Shown here piece by piece: positions 30,475 to 42,414 of a DNA stretch of 64,000 bases. The stretch is taken from the NCBI GenBank assembly GCA_963848295.1, contig CAWKDB010000010.1, forward strand, positions 1,056,001 through 1,120,000, given 5' to 3'. A model generated the notes under the pieces. The model was not told the origin of the DNA, ran no database searches, and was given only the letters and a program-made list of their open reading frames with translations. The stretch comes from an uncultured delta proteobacterium (GTDB lineage Bacteria > Myxococcota_A > Polyangia > Haliangiales > Haliangiaceae). A program made the translations under genes and the position numbers. Position 1 is the first letter of the stretch. Each line of letters opens with the position of its first letter.

Positions 30475-30894
30475 CTATTTGACGTCGAACGCGACCTTGC
30501 CGAGCGACGTGCCGTCGGCGGTCGTGACTTCGACTTCGTAGCTGCCCGCGGTCGGCAGCGCGCGGCGCGACATCGTCGACCAGGTCTTGCCGCCGATCGC
30601 GAGCGTCGCGGTCCACAGCTCCTTGCCGTCCTTCTTCCACACGTGCTTGATCGAGTCGCCGGCGTTGTTGACCTTCGACCAGACCCACACGGTCGTGCCC
30701 GGCGCGAAGCTCGACGCCTCGCCGACGATCTCGTGCTTCTCGACGCCGGTGCCGGCCTTGACCTCGGCAGAAGCACTCGCGTCGCCCTTTTCGGCCGGTG
30801 GCGGCGCGGGTTTGGCGTCGTCGGCGAGCGCCGAGCCCGCGAGCAGCGCCGTGCACAAACAACCGATGATCGAGATCGCTTTCGTCTTGCTCAT
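30475..30894 (-). CDS. Secreted DUF2914-like Ig-fold protein
   Basis: Signal peptide; IKHVWK...WSTMSR...GSYEVEV...LGKVAFDVK; GGAGG RBS. Confidence 0.72.
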   Translation of the reverse strand: MSKTKAISIIGCLCTALLAGSALADDAKPAPPPAEKGDASASAEVKAGTGVEKHEIVGEASSFAPGTTVWVWSKVNNAGDSIKHVWKKDGKELWTATLAIGGKTWSTMSRRALPTAGSYEVEVTTADGTSLGKVAFDVK

Positions 30895-30937
30895 GGTTCC
30901 TCCGCCGAGAGTAACGCGGAGGGCGCGCGGCTAATTG

Positions 30938-31936
30938 CTAATTGCTAAAGATCGCCGCCTGGTTCGCGATGATCTCGTCACACGTCGTGCCATCCGGAAC
31001 CCGCACCGATTGAAAGATCGAAGGATTATCCGGCTGCTGCGACACGACCGGGTTGAGCGCCTGGACCGCGTGGAGATCGGCGCCGATGCACATCGAGCCA
31101 TCGGTCTCGAGGCAGCCGAGCACGCCGGTGTCGAGCGAAGCGTCGACCGTGCCCTCGACGAGATCGCCGCTCCACACCTGACCGTGGAGCGAGAACGTCG
31201 TGCGCAACGTCGCGTACACTTGGTCGAGCTTCACCGCGGGCACGTTGTGCGCGATCAGCGTCGCGCCGGGGTTGCCATCGCCTTCCTGATCGCACGCGCA
31301 GTCCGTGCCGGTCGCGGTCGCACACGTCGCACCGGGGTCGCCGGCGCACGTCGTGAAGTTGCCGCTGCCGTCCGCCGCCGGGAGCGGCTCGGTCTGGATC
31401 ATCGTGGGATCGAGGCGAGCGCCGAGCACGAGCGTGATCGGATCGGTGTCGAGGTTCGCGCACGTCGCGTCGGCCGAGGACAGCGTCGCGCTCGCGGTGA
31501 CGACGCCGACCGACGTCAGCGTTGCATCGGGGACCTCGAACTGGATCGGCATGTCCTGGCCGGCGAGCGGCACGTCGGGGATGTGAATCGAGCACGCGGT
31601 CGCGGTGACCGAGACGGTCGTGCCGGTCTGGGTCAGGGCGAGCTCGAGTAGCAGCGTCGACGTCGTGTCGACCATGATCAGCCCGCCGGCGTCGACGTGA
31701 ACGTTGAGCGTGCCGAGCACCGCGGCGGTGCCGGTCAACGGCGTGAAGCTCGGCGGGGTCGGGACGCACACCGGGACGTAGTTCGGTGCGTCGACCTCGA
31801 CCTTCTTGCCGCCACCACACGCGACGAGCGCCGCGAGCGCGAGCGCCCCGGCGATCGAGCCAACCACTTCGAGGACGGAGCGGCGAGCAACGGAGCGTGG
31901 CGCGTCGGAGGTTTCGGTCATCGCGGGTTCCGACAT
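30938..31936 (-). CDS. Cys-rich lipoprotein
   Basis: Lipobox LVAC; DQEGDGNPG Ca-binding-like motif; start uncertain. Confidence 0.68.
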   Translation of the reverse strand: MSEPAMTETSDAPRSVARRSVLEVVGSIAGALALAALVACGGGKKVEVDAPNYVPVCVPTPPSFTPLTGTAAVLGTLNVHVDAGGLIMVDTTSTLLLELALTQTGTTVSVTATACSIHIPDVPLAGQDMPIQFEVPDATLTSVGVVTASATLSSADATCANLDTDPITLVLGARLDPTMIQTEPLPAADGSGNFTTCAGDPGATCATATGTDCACDQEGDGNPGATLIAHNVPAVKLDQVYATLRTTFSLHGQVWSGDLVEGTVDASLDTGVLGCLETDGSMCIGADLHAVQALNPVVSQQPDNPSIFQSVRVPDGTTCDEIIANQAAIFSN

Positions 31937-31956
31937 CCCTAACACGCCGACCCTCG

Positions 31957-32880
31957 TCATTTGCGGTTTTTTCGCGCCGGCGGCTCGAGTCGCGATTTGT
32001 CCCAGTGCGGGTCGAGCCACGTGATCGGCGCGTAGCCGGCGACGAGCAGCACGATCATCAGCATCGCGAACCAGGCGACCGGGCCGAACATCACGCCGAT
32101 CAACAAGTGCATCGCGACCCCGTACGCGAACGCGTAGGGCCGGGTCCACTTGAGCCCGAACCACAGCGGCGCACCGATCTCGAACGCGAGCGTCGTCGCT
32201 TGCATCACCGGCCACGCCCAGGTCGGGAAGTGGTTCGCAAACTCCCAGCTGATCCATGTCTGGTACGAGTCGTGGAGCTGCGTCCACAGCACGTACGGGG
32301 TCTTCAACCAGTCCGCCTTCGCCTTGAGATAGCCCGAGGCGAAGTAGAAGATCGGCAGCATGAGCTGGAAGAAGCGCACGCTGCCGCCCGAGACGAACCG
32401 CGGCGCGATGTACTTGGGGTTGCGTCGCCGTTTGCGCCACGCGTCGACCGACCAACGCGCACCCGCGGGCGACGCGCAGATCGCGATCGCGATGATCGGC
32501 GCGAGCTTGCTGACCGTGAACGTCGCGAGCCGATCGGCGAGCGCGACGTACGCGAGAGTGACCGCGAAGATCCCGCTCGACCAGCGCGTGAACGCACCCG
32601 CGATCGTCATGAGGCCGGCGATCACGAGCACGGTGCAGACGACGTAGGCCTGCCACGGCTCGAGCGGCGCCCACGACACCGGCTGGCGGTAGTCGCCCGG
32701 CATCGGCGGCGGATGAAAGCCCGCGGTCGACAGCCAGTCCGCGGCGTGGGCGATGCGCGTCGACAGAAAGCCGAGGATCGCGAGCGGCGCGCCGATCCGG
32801 ACGACCTCGAGCCGCACGATCGGTTGCGGCGCGAACGTGCGCGTCAGCTGGTCGTCGAGAAACTCCGCCGCGGTCGCCAC
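31957..32880 (-). CDS. HTTM-domain membrane protein (gamma-carboxylase/SdpB-like TM domain)
   Basis: WSVDAW, QLMLPIFYFASGYLK...W, TLAFEIGAP, MHLLIGVMFG. Confidence 0.85.
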   Translation of the reverse strand: MATAAEFLDDQLTRTFAPQPIVRLEVVRIGAPLAILGFLSTRIAHAADWLSTAGFHPPPMPGDYRQPVSWAPLEPWQAYVVCTVLVIAGLMTIAGAFTRWSSGIFAVTLAYVALADRLATFTVSKLAPIIAIAICASPAGARWSVDAWRKRRRNPKYIAPRFVSGGSVRFFQLMLPIFYFASGYLKAKADWLKTPYVLWTQLHDSYQTWISWEFANHFPTWAWPVMQATTLAFEIGAPLWFGLKWTRPYAFAYGVAMHLLIGVMFGPVAWFAMLMIVLLVAGYAPITWLDPHWDKSRLEPPARKNRK

Positions 32881-33461
32881 TACTTCGCTCCACTTGACGG
32901 GCAGTGCTTCGCGAGCCGAGCGTCATCGGTCGTGAACAACACCTTGCGCTCGACGTCCGGGGCTGGATCGAGCGGGCGATAGACGTAGCGCTCGGCGCCC
33001 ATCCCCGGCGCCGGCACGACGCGGCGGACCACCGACACCCGGATGCCGCCGATCGGGCCGTGCATGCCATCGTCGGGCGCGTCCTTCGCGTGGTGCTCGC
33101 GCACGAACCGATCGAGCGCGTTCATCACGTACTTGCTGGGCGCCTGGTCTGCATAGAAATAGCCGAGCCTCTGGAACCGCGACTCCTTGTCGTCGGCCTC
33201 GAGCGGAAAGTACGCGCGCGGATCGAGCAGCTCCCAATCGCGCGCCTCGCACGACCAGCCCTCGAGTCGGTACTCGAGCGTGTGCTCGATCGCATTCGGG
33301 AACAGCTTCGTCGCCTCGGTGAAGAACGTGAACATCCGCAGCCCCGGCCGCTGCGCCGGGTGCGAGACGAGCGCGGCATAGTAAAGAAGGGCAAGCGCCG
33401 CGAGCACGATCCGCAACCAGCGCGGGCCCGGTCCGCGAGCGATCTCGGCCTCGGTGATCAC
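32880..33461 (-). CDS. HTTM-partner protein (single TM plus soluble domain)
   Basis: Stop overlaps the HTTM start; TM helix followed by FFTEATKLFP; start approximate. Confidence 0.65.
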   Translation of the reverse strand: MITEAEIARGPGPRWLRIVLAALALLYYAALVSHPAQRPGLRMFTFFTEATKLFPNAIEHTLEYRLEGWSCEARDWELLDPRAYFPLEADDKESRFQRLGYFYADQAPSKYVMNALDRFVREHHAKDAPDDGMHGPIGGIRVSVVRRVVPAPGMGAERYVYRPLDPAPDVERKVLFTTDDARLAKHCPSSGAK

Positions 33462-33599
33462 GCTGAACAAGTAACACAGGACCTCCGACCCGCGAGATCC
33501 GCAGTGGTGTGAACGGTTCGCTGCGAGTTCCGCAGGCCGGTCGGCTTTCGATCTCGTTAATGCGCGGCGAAGTCCGCGACTTTGTGGTCCGCCCGCGAC

Positions 33600-33615
33600 C
33601 GGCACGGCAGCTGCT
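33600..33615 (+). promoter_or_regulatory. Putative sigma-54 promoter
   Basis: CGGCACGGCAGCTGCT (GG-N10-GC), followed by GGAGG RBS at 33629 and ATG at 33642. Confidence 0.55.
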
Positions 33616-33641
33616 TTAGCAACGCAGTGGAGGTACGACTC

Positions 33642-33911
33642 ATGCGCAATCTCATGGTCCTCGGAGCGGTTTCTCTCGGCCTATTCAGCGGCTCCAGTGC
33701 ATTCGCGGATTCGCGCCACGACCGCGGCAGCGAAGCCAGGCGCGGCAACGAGCGTCGCGAGGTCCGTGGAGACCGTCGCGACATCCGCGGCGAGCGCCGC
33801 GGGGTCGAGTCGTTTCGCGATCGCCGGTTCGAGCGGCCGGTCGTTCGCGGCTGGGGTGGCGAGTACCGGCTCGAGGGCAACGCGTGGCAGTGGAACCACG
33901 GTCGCCGGTAG
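33642..33911 (+). CDS. Small secreted Arg/Asp/Glu-rich protein with Trp-rich tail
   Basis: GGAGG RBS, signal peptide ending AFA, (R/D/E)-rich heptads, GWGGEY...WQWNHG. Confidence 0.65.
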   Translation: MRNLMVLGAVSLGLFSGSSAFADSRHDRGSEARRGNERREVRGDRRDIRGERRGVESFRDRRFERPVVRGWGGEYRLEGNAWQWNHGRR

Positions 33912-34148
33912 CTAGTGGCCGCAGCTGAGGACGGCGACGAGCACGGGTTGGCCGGCGGCCGGGCACGCCGGCGGTGCGCACTTGAAGCACACGCCGAGCA
34001 TGCTGCAGCCGTCGTCGACCTCGCGCGTCGTGCAATCGATCGTCACCGGCCCTGGTTCGAGCCGCCAGTGATGGCGACCGCCCTGGATGCAGACGAGCGC
34101 GGCGAACACCGCGAGTGGGAGTAACCAGAGCCGGCGGCGGTTGCTCAT
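33912..34148 (-). CDS. Small membrane-anchored Cys-rich protein
   Basis: MSNRRRLWLLPLAVFAALVC..., 78 aa, 7 Cys. Confidence 0.45.
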   Translation of the reverse strand: MSNRRRLWLLPLAVFAALVCIQGGRHHWRLEPGPVTIDCTTREVDDGCSMLGVCFKCAPPACPAAGQPVLVAVLSCGH

Positions 34149-34271
34149 CGCCTGATCGAGCCACACCCGCCGGCTCGGCGCCCGCACTTCTTCGTCGCGA
34201 GCTGTCCGCGGCTGGCGACAAGAGCGTCGCGCCGCTTCCGCAACCGGCGACGGTCGTGATACGCGACCTCG

Positions 34272-35597
34272 ATGCGGCCGCGCCATGCGCTGATCCTCGC
34301 CCTCGTGGCGAGCGCGACGCGCGCCGGTCACGCCGATCCGCTCGAGGTGTTCGGCCTGACCTCGCGCCGGGCCGCCCAGGCGAACGCCGGGGCCGCCTCG
34401 GTCGACGACGCGTCGGCGCTCTACTACGACCCCGCCGGCCTGGTCGGCGGCCCCGCCGAGGTCGAGCTCGGCGCGATCGGCGGAGTCACGCACCTCGCGG
34501 GCGGTGACAGCACGTCGTCGGCCCTCTCGGATCCGTACGGCTTCCAGCTCGCGGTGCGCGCGCCGTTGCCGCTGCGCGGTGCGCTGCATCGCCGGATCGC
34601 GGTGGGCATCGCGCTCCACTTGTTGCCGGTCGACATCGCGCGCGTCACGGCGCCGGCGCCCGATCGAGCGTTCTACCCGATGTACGGCGACAGCACGTCG
34701 CGCATCGTCGTGTTGCCCGGCATCGCCGCGAACCTCGGGCACGGCGTCTCGGCCGGCCTCGCGATCAACGTGCTCGCGGGATTGTCCGGCACGATCTACG
34801 CCGCCGAGGGCGCGACGCGTGCGATCGATTCGCGCGTCGACGAGCGCACGCCGACGATCGCGCGGCTCAATGCCGGCATCGCGTGGCAGGTGCAGCCCGA
34901 CCTGCGCGTCGCGGCGGTGTATCGAGAGAAGTTCGAGGTCCCGTTCGAGACCGCGGCGACGACGCTGGTCGCCGGCGAGCCGATCGATATCGATCTGCGC
35001 GCGACCGGCCAGTTCACCCCGGACGAGCTCGTGGTCGGTGGCGCGTGGTCGCCCGATCCGCTGACCCTGTCGCTCGACGTCGAGTACGCGCGGTGGTCGT
35101 CGTACCCGGGGCCATACGTTCACGTCGACAGCACGCTACCGCTCGTCGGTGCCGTCCCCGGGCAGACCCCGGCGGTGCCGTTCAAAGACACCGTCGCGAT
35201 CCGGCTCGGCGCGGAGAGCAAGCTCGCGCGCGGCCACTGTGGCTTCATCTGGCGCGGCGGAGTCGCGTTCGAGACCTCGCCGGTGCCCGCGGTCCAGACC
35301 GGGATCACGAACCTACTCGACGGCCCGAAGGAGACGATCGCGGGCGGCGTCGGCTACTCGTGGCCGCGCGTCGGTAAGGGCGTCCGGCTCGATGCACACG
35401 TCATGCTGCAGATCGTCGACTCGCGCACGATCACGAAGCAGATCTGGGATGGCGCCGGCACCTACGATCCGTTCACGAGCCTGCGCGACGAGGACATCAA
35501 CACGCCAGGCACGCAGATCTCGAACCCGGGGTATCCCTCGATCAAGTCCGGCGGCGAGGTCGTTTCCGGCGGGCTGACGTTGGAGGTCGGGCTGTGA
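34272..35597 (+). CDS. FadL/TodX-like outer membrane transport protein
   Basis: Signal peptide; NAGAASVDDASALYYDPAGL hatch motif; beta-barrel pattern. Confidence 0.8.
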   Translation: MRPRHALILALVASATRAGHADPLEVFGLTSRRAAQANAGAASVDDASALYYDPAGLVGGPAEVELGAIGGVTHLAGGDSTSSALSDPYGFQLAVRAPLPLRGALHRRIAVGIALHLLPVDIARVTAPAPDRAFYPMYGDSTSRIVVLPGIAANLGHGVSAGLAINVLAGLSGTIYAAEGATRAIDSRVDERTPTIARLNAGIAWQVQPDLRVAAVYREKFEVPFETAATTLVAGEPIDIDLRATGQFTPDELVVGGAWSPDPLTLSLDVEYARWSSYPGPYVHVDSTLPLVGAVPGQTPAVPFKDTVAIRLGAESKLARGHCGFIWRGGVAFETSPVPAVQTGITNLLDGPKETIAGGVGYSWPRVGKGVRLDAHVMLQIVDSRTITKQIWDGAGTYDPFTSLRDEDINTPGTQISNPGYPSIKSGGEVVSGGLTLEVGL

Positions 35598-36861
35598 GGG
35601 CGGCGACGATGATCGGGCTCGGGCTCGGGCTCGGGCTCGGGTCCGCACACGCCGATCCACTCGACGACCTCGGGTTCGGCGCCGCCGAGACGGCCCTGGC
35701 CTCGTCCGATGCCGCGACCGCGGCCGGGGTCGCCGCCGCTCACTCGAACCCGGCCGGGCTCGCGCGCGCGGTCGAGCCCGAAGTGATGATCGGCTACCAG
35801 TTCTCGCTCGAGCACCTCCAGATCGACGGCCACGACGCCGGTGTCACGAACAGCCACGGCACGACGCTCGGCCTCGACGTCCCGATCGACCTCGGGCCGG
35901 TCCGGGTCGCGACCGGAGTCGCGCTGTACTTGCCCGATCAGTTCCTCGCGCGGATCGAGCTCGATCCGGTCGCGGAGCCGCACTTCGTACGGTTCGAGAA
36001 CGCGACCCAACGGGTCGAGGTCGAGCCGTCGCTCGCGCTGCAGATCGGAGACTTCGCGATCGGCGGCGGCGCGACGTTCTTGGCCGACGCGCGCTCGAAG
36101 CAGCTGACGTTCGACGTCGGGGTGATCGCCGGGCAGAAACAAGGCGACGCGAACCTCGACGTCGGGTTGCCGTTGCGCGCCGCGCCGCACGCGGGGGTGT
36201 GGTGGCGCCCGGATCGCAAGGTCGAGCTCGCCGCGACCGTGCGCGGCCCGCTGTCGCTCGATACCGCGCTCGATATCCGCGCGAACGTCTCCGTGCCGGG
36301 CGTCGTCACCGGCGACGCGATCGTCTCGTTGCGGTCGACCAGCTACTACACGCCGCTGCGCGCGGACCTCGCGGCGGCGGTGCACGCGACCGAAGATCTG
36401 ACGCTGACCGCGGACCTCGCGTTCCAGCGCTGGCACGCGCTCGGCTCCGGCGTGCCCGATGTCAAGGTCCTCGTCGACCTCAGCCTGGCCCCGCCGCTCG
36501 TTCAGGGCGAGCCGCCGCCGGCGCACTTCCACGACGTCGTCGAGCCGCGGCTCGGCGCCGAATGGCATCGCGATCGGCTGCGGTTGCGCGCCGGCTTCGC
36601 GTACTTGCCCTCGCCGGTGCCGCCGCAGACCGGCTTGACCAGCTTCGCCGACGGCGATCGCACGCTCGCCGCGCTCGGCGCAGGCTGGCGGCTGCCATCG
36701 CTCGGTCCGCTCGCCGAGCCGGTCGACCTCGACGTCGCACTCGCGTGGCAACACGTGATGCACGAGCTGGTCGAGAAGGACGAGGCGCTCGTCCCCGGCG
36801 GCGCGTTCTCGGCCGGTGGCGATATCGTGCAGGCAACGGCAACCGCCACGGTGAGGTTCTG

Positions 36862-36862
<1 letters not shown>
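35594..36862 (+). CDS. Second FadL/TodX-like outer membrane protein
   Basis: AAHSNPAGLA motif; RLRAGFAYLPSPVP; C-terminal Phe. Confidence 0.8.
35611..35641 (+). repeat. GATC(GGGCTC)4GGG, left arm of a 31-bp inverted repeat
   Basis: Exact reverse complement of 36897-36927. Confidence 0.85.
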
Positions 36863-38325
<1,463 letters not shown>

Positions 38326-38520
38326 TCAAATTGAGTGCAGGGCAGAACTTGCCCACGACGTCATTCGCGCGCGACGATTTCGAAACATGCTCAGCCGTAG
38401 GAGCGTTGTCTCTTCATGATCCCAGTCATCGGAAACGTCATCGCGGGGATCGGCGTCCTCAGCTTATTCGCCGCGACACTTCGCCTGACGCGGCCCGCAA
38501 AACAAAAGTAGACTCGATGG

Positions 38521-39573
38521 GTGGTCGCCCCCGTCCTGCCGCGCGTCGCGCGCCCGCCAAGTGCGGGTGAGCTGACCCTCGGCGACGTCGAAGCGGTTCG
38601 CCTGCTGTTGCGCGGCGACTCGGTGATCGACTGGTATCACCTCGGGTTCGTCGATCACGCCGACGTCGATCGGTTCTTGCGGCTCAACGAGTTCGATCCC
38701 GAATCCGAAGACGAGATCGGCCGTCTCGAGGATCTGCGCGGCGACGCGGTCGACTACCTCGCCCGTGCGTTCGCGATGGCGATTCCAGACGAGGTCGCCG
38801 AGGATCTGCCGGCGCGCGACCTGTTTCTCGTCGCGTCGAGCACCGGGCCGCATCAGAAGTGGGCGTGCGTCGTGCTCAAGGTGATGCACATCATCCACCA
38901 CATCGCCGGTCGCGAAGGCCTGCTCAAGATGTCGGTGTCCGACGAGATCATCTTTCGCGAGATCGAGCTCAAGGTCGTGCAGGTCGTCGAGCAGTTGCGA
39001 GCCGCCGGCGCTCCGCTCGCCGAGTTCGAGTGGAGCCGCAAGCCGCGCGATTCGCAGATCACGAAGTTGATGGCGAAGCGCTCGACGCTCGCCGCGAACA
39101 TCTACGACAAGCTGCGATTCCGGCTGATCGTGCCGCAGCGCGAGGATCTCGTGCCGATGCTCGCGACGCTGACCCGCCAGCTCGTGCCGTTCAACTACAT
39201 CGTGCCCGGCGAGTCGGTCAATCAGCTCGTCGATCTGCGCGAGCTGATCGCGCAAGGGCGGGCACCGACGAGCGACGGCGTGCACAAGCGCGACGAGCTG
39301 CCGTTCAACGAGTTCTCGGGTCCCGAATACAAGATCGTGAACTTCGTCGCCGACCTGCCGCTCCGGGTCGATCGCCTGATCCCGCGCGCCGAGATCCCGG
39401 ACGATCTCAGCCACGTCGTGTTCGTGCTCACCGAGTTCCAGGTCTGCGACAAGGCGACCGCGATCGGCAACGAGAGCGGCGCGTCGAGCCATGACGCATA
39501 CAAGCAGCGTCAGCACGAGCGCGTGCGGATGCGTCTGTTTCGCGACAAGGACGATCCTCTCCCGCCCGACTGA
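38521..39573 (+). CDS. TIGR04552-like protein (RelA/SpoT-like nucleotidyltransferase pattern)
   Basis: LRGDSVIDW, LKVMHIIHH, SRKPRDSQITKL, IYDKLRFRLI, EFQV, SHDAYK. Confidence 0.75.
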   Translation: MVAPVLPRVARPPSAGELTLGDVEAVRLLLRGDSVIDWYHLGFVDHADVDRFLRLNEFDPESEDEIGRLEDLRGDAVDYLARAFAMAIPDEVAEDLPARDLFLVASSTGPHQKWACVVLKVMHIIHHIAGREGLLKMSVSDEIIFREIELKVVQVVEQLRAAGAPLAEFEWSRKPRDSQITKLMAKRSTLAANIYDKLRFRLIVPQREDLVPMLATLTRQLVPFNYIVPGESVNQLVDLRELIAQGRAPTSDGVHKRDELPFNEFSGPEYKIVNFVADLPLRVDRLIPRAEIPDDLSHVVFVLTEFQVCDKATAIGNESGASSHDAYKQRQHERVRMRLFRDKDDPLPPD

Positions 39574-39595
39574 CTTTAGGTGAGTGGCATTGGGG

Positions 39596-41871
39596 CTAGT
39601 TCGGCTCGCCCTCGTCTTCGCCCGGCTCGCAGCGCACGGTGATCTCGCCGTCTTTGACATCGACGAACGCGGTGCCGCCATGATGTAGCTTGCCGAACAG
39701 GATCTCGTTCGCGAGCGGCGCCTTGAGCGTCGACTGGACGATGCGCTCCATCGGGCGCGCGCCCATCGCCTTGTCGTAGCCGTGCTCGACGAACCAATCG
39801 ATCGCGGCCGGCGAGATCTCGAGCTGTACCTTCTTCTCGGCGAGCTGACCGTCGAGCTGGTCGAGGAACTTGCGCGCGACCTTGCGGATCACTTCCACCG
39901 GTAGCGCGTCGAACATCACGGTGGCGTCGAGCCGGTTGCGGAACTCGGGCGTGAACACGCGCTCGAGCGCCTTCTTGCCATCCTTGGAGTCCGCGATCGA
40001 ATCGCCGAAGCCGATCTTGCCGGAGGCCATCTCGCGGCTGCCCGCATTGCTCGACATGATCAGGATGACGTTGCGGAAGTCGCTCTTGCGGCCGTTGTTG
40101 TCGGTGAGCGTCGCGTGATCCATGACCTGCAACAGGATGTTGTAGATGTCGGGGTGCGCCTTCTCGATCTCGTCGAGCAACACGACCGAGTACGGGTGCT
40201 TGTTGATCGCATCGGTCAGCTGACCGCCCTGGTCGTAGCCGACGTAGCCGGGCGGTGCGCCGATCAGGCGGGACACCGTGTGCTTCTCCATGTACTCCGA
40301 CATGTCGAACCGAATGAACTCGACGCCCATCACCGCGGCGAGCTGCTTCGCGAGCTCGGTCTTGCCGACGCCGGTGGGGCCGGCGAACAGGAAACACCCG
40401 GTCGGCTTATCGGGATTGCCGAGGCCGGCACGCGACAGCTTGATGACAGTGGTCGAGCCGATCGATCGCGGTGTCCTGACCGTAGATCGCTTTTTTGAGC
40501 TCGGCGTCGAGGTTCTCGAGCTTTGCCTTGTCGGCGACCGACACCGAGCGGGTCGGGATCCGCGCGATCTTCGCGACGACCTCTTCGATCAGCGACGGCC
40601 GGATCTCGGCGGGTCGATCCGCCTCGGCCATCAGCCGGACCTTCGCGCCGGCCTCGTCGATCACGTCGATCGCCTTGTCCGGCAGGTGTGCGCCGCTGAT
40701 GTGGCGCGCCGACAGCTCGACCGCGGCCTCGATCGCCGGGTCGGTGTACTTCACGCCGTGATGCTCCTCGTACTTGACCTTGAGGCCCTTGAGGATCTCG
40801 ATCGCCTCGGGCACGGTCGGCTCGCCGACGTCGATGCGCTGGAACCGACGGGCGAGCGCGCGATCGCGCTCGAACGCCTGGCGATAATCCTTGAACGTCG
40901 TCGAGCCGATGCAGCGGAGCTCGCCGTTCGACAGCGGTGGCTTCAAGATGTTCGCCGCGTCCATCGTGCCGCCGCTCGTCGCGCCGGCGCCGATGATGTT
41001 GTGGATCTCGTCGATGAACAGGATCGACTTCGGATCGCCGATCAACACCTTCATCACGGCCTTCAACCGCTCTTCGAAGTCGCCGCGATAGCGGGTACCC
41101 GCGAGCACCGCGGTCATGTCGAGCGAGTAGACCTTCGCGTCGAGCAGGGGCTCGAGGCACCTTGCCGTCGACGATGCGCAGCGCGAGGCCTTCGGCGAGC
41201 GCGGTCTTGCCGACGCCGGGCTCGCCGATCAGCAGCGGGTTGTTCTTGCGCCGCCGCGACAGCACCTGGATCATGCGCTCGAGCTCGTCGGCGCGGCCGA
41301 TCATCGGATCGATCTTGCCGTCGCGCGCGCGCTGCGTCAGGTCGACGCAGAAGCTCTCCAGCGGGTTCGCGACCTTGCCGTCGCTCTCGCCGTCGTCCTC
41401 GACGCCACGCACCCGCGGCACAACCGGGCCGCCGGCGTCGACCTTGGACACCCCGTGCGAGATGTAGTTGATCACGTCGAACCGCGTGATCCCCTGCTTC
41501 TCGAGCACGTACACCGCGTGCGAGTCGCGTTCGCGGAACATCGACGCGAGCACGTTACCGGTCGTCATCTGCTGGCGGCCGGCGGCTTGAACATGCATCG
41601 CGGCGCGCTGCAGCACGCGCTGGAACGCGAGCGTCTGGTCCGGCCCCGAGTCCTCGTCCTCCGGTAGCTCCTCGGTCTGCTCGGCGAGGAACCGCTCGAG
41701 CTCGCCGCGCATCTTCTCGATGTCGCCGCCACACTTCGTGAGGATGTCGACGCCACTGGGGTCATCGAGCATCGACAACAGCAAGTGTTCGAGCGTCAGG
41801 TACTCGTGGCGGCGACCGCGCACGTCGTCGACCGCGCGCTGGATCGTGGATTGAAGCTCCGGCGACAGCAT
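39596..41871 (-). CDS. clpA: ATP-dependent Clp protease ATP-binding subunit ClpA, two +1 frameshifts (~41155, ~40454)
   Basis: [69 protein letters not shown] spread over three frames; downstream of clpS. Confidence 0.92.
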
Positions 41872-41952
41872 GGTGTCCGGACAGTGTAGGGCGTTGCGGC
41901 CCCGCGTGCAGGCCCTCGGGCGCCAGCGATTTCGGGTAGGTCGGGGAGCGAT

Positions 41953-42294
41953 TTACTCGGTCGGCTCGATCGAGAGCTGCAACGGGAACTGCTGCTGCTT
42001 CGCGAGCGCGAGCGTCTTGGTGACCTTGGTCTCGGCGATCTCGAACGTGTAGACGCCGGCGATGCCTAGGCCGTTGTTGTGGACGTGGCTCATGATCGCG
42101 ACCGCGTCGCTCTCGTTCTTGTGAAACACGGTCTGCAACACCCACACGACGAACTCGCGGGTCGTGTAGTCGTCGTTGTGGAGCAGCACCTTGTACAGCG
42201 GGGGCTTCTTCGTCTTCGTGCGCTCGTCGAGCACGAGCCCGGTCTGGCGCTCGCCGTCGCGCTTTTGACCGGGGGGCTTCTTCTCGTCCGCCAT
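41953..42294 (-). CDS. clpS: Clp protease adaptor ClpS
   Basis: [20 protein letters not shown]...[10 protein letters not shown]...FPL. Confidence 0.96.
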   Translation of the reverse strand: MADEKKPPGQKRDGERQTGLVLDERTKTKKPPLYKVLLHNDDYTTREFVVWVLQTVFHKNESDAVAIMSHVHNNGLGIAGVYTFEIAETKVTKTLALAKQQQFPLQLSIEPTE

Positions 42295-42414
42295 GACGCC
42301 CTCATCTTACGGGACCGCGCGGCCGAGGGTAGAGCCGATCGCGACAGCGATTTCGGGCAGGATGGCTCGAAATGTTTCCCGGGGGTTGGCGCACGTCGCG
42401 TTATAGAGCGGGCG

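Noticed and set aside
40450..41160. Programmed frameshifting in clpA
   Set aside because: No slippery sequence at either site; sequencing error or mutation is simpler.
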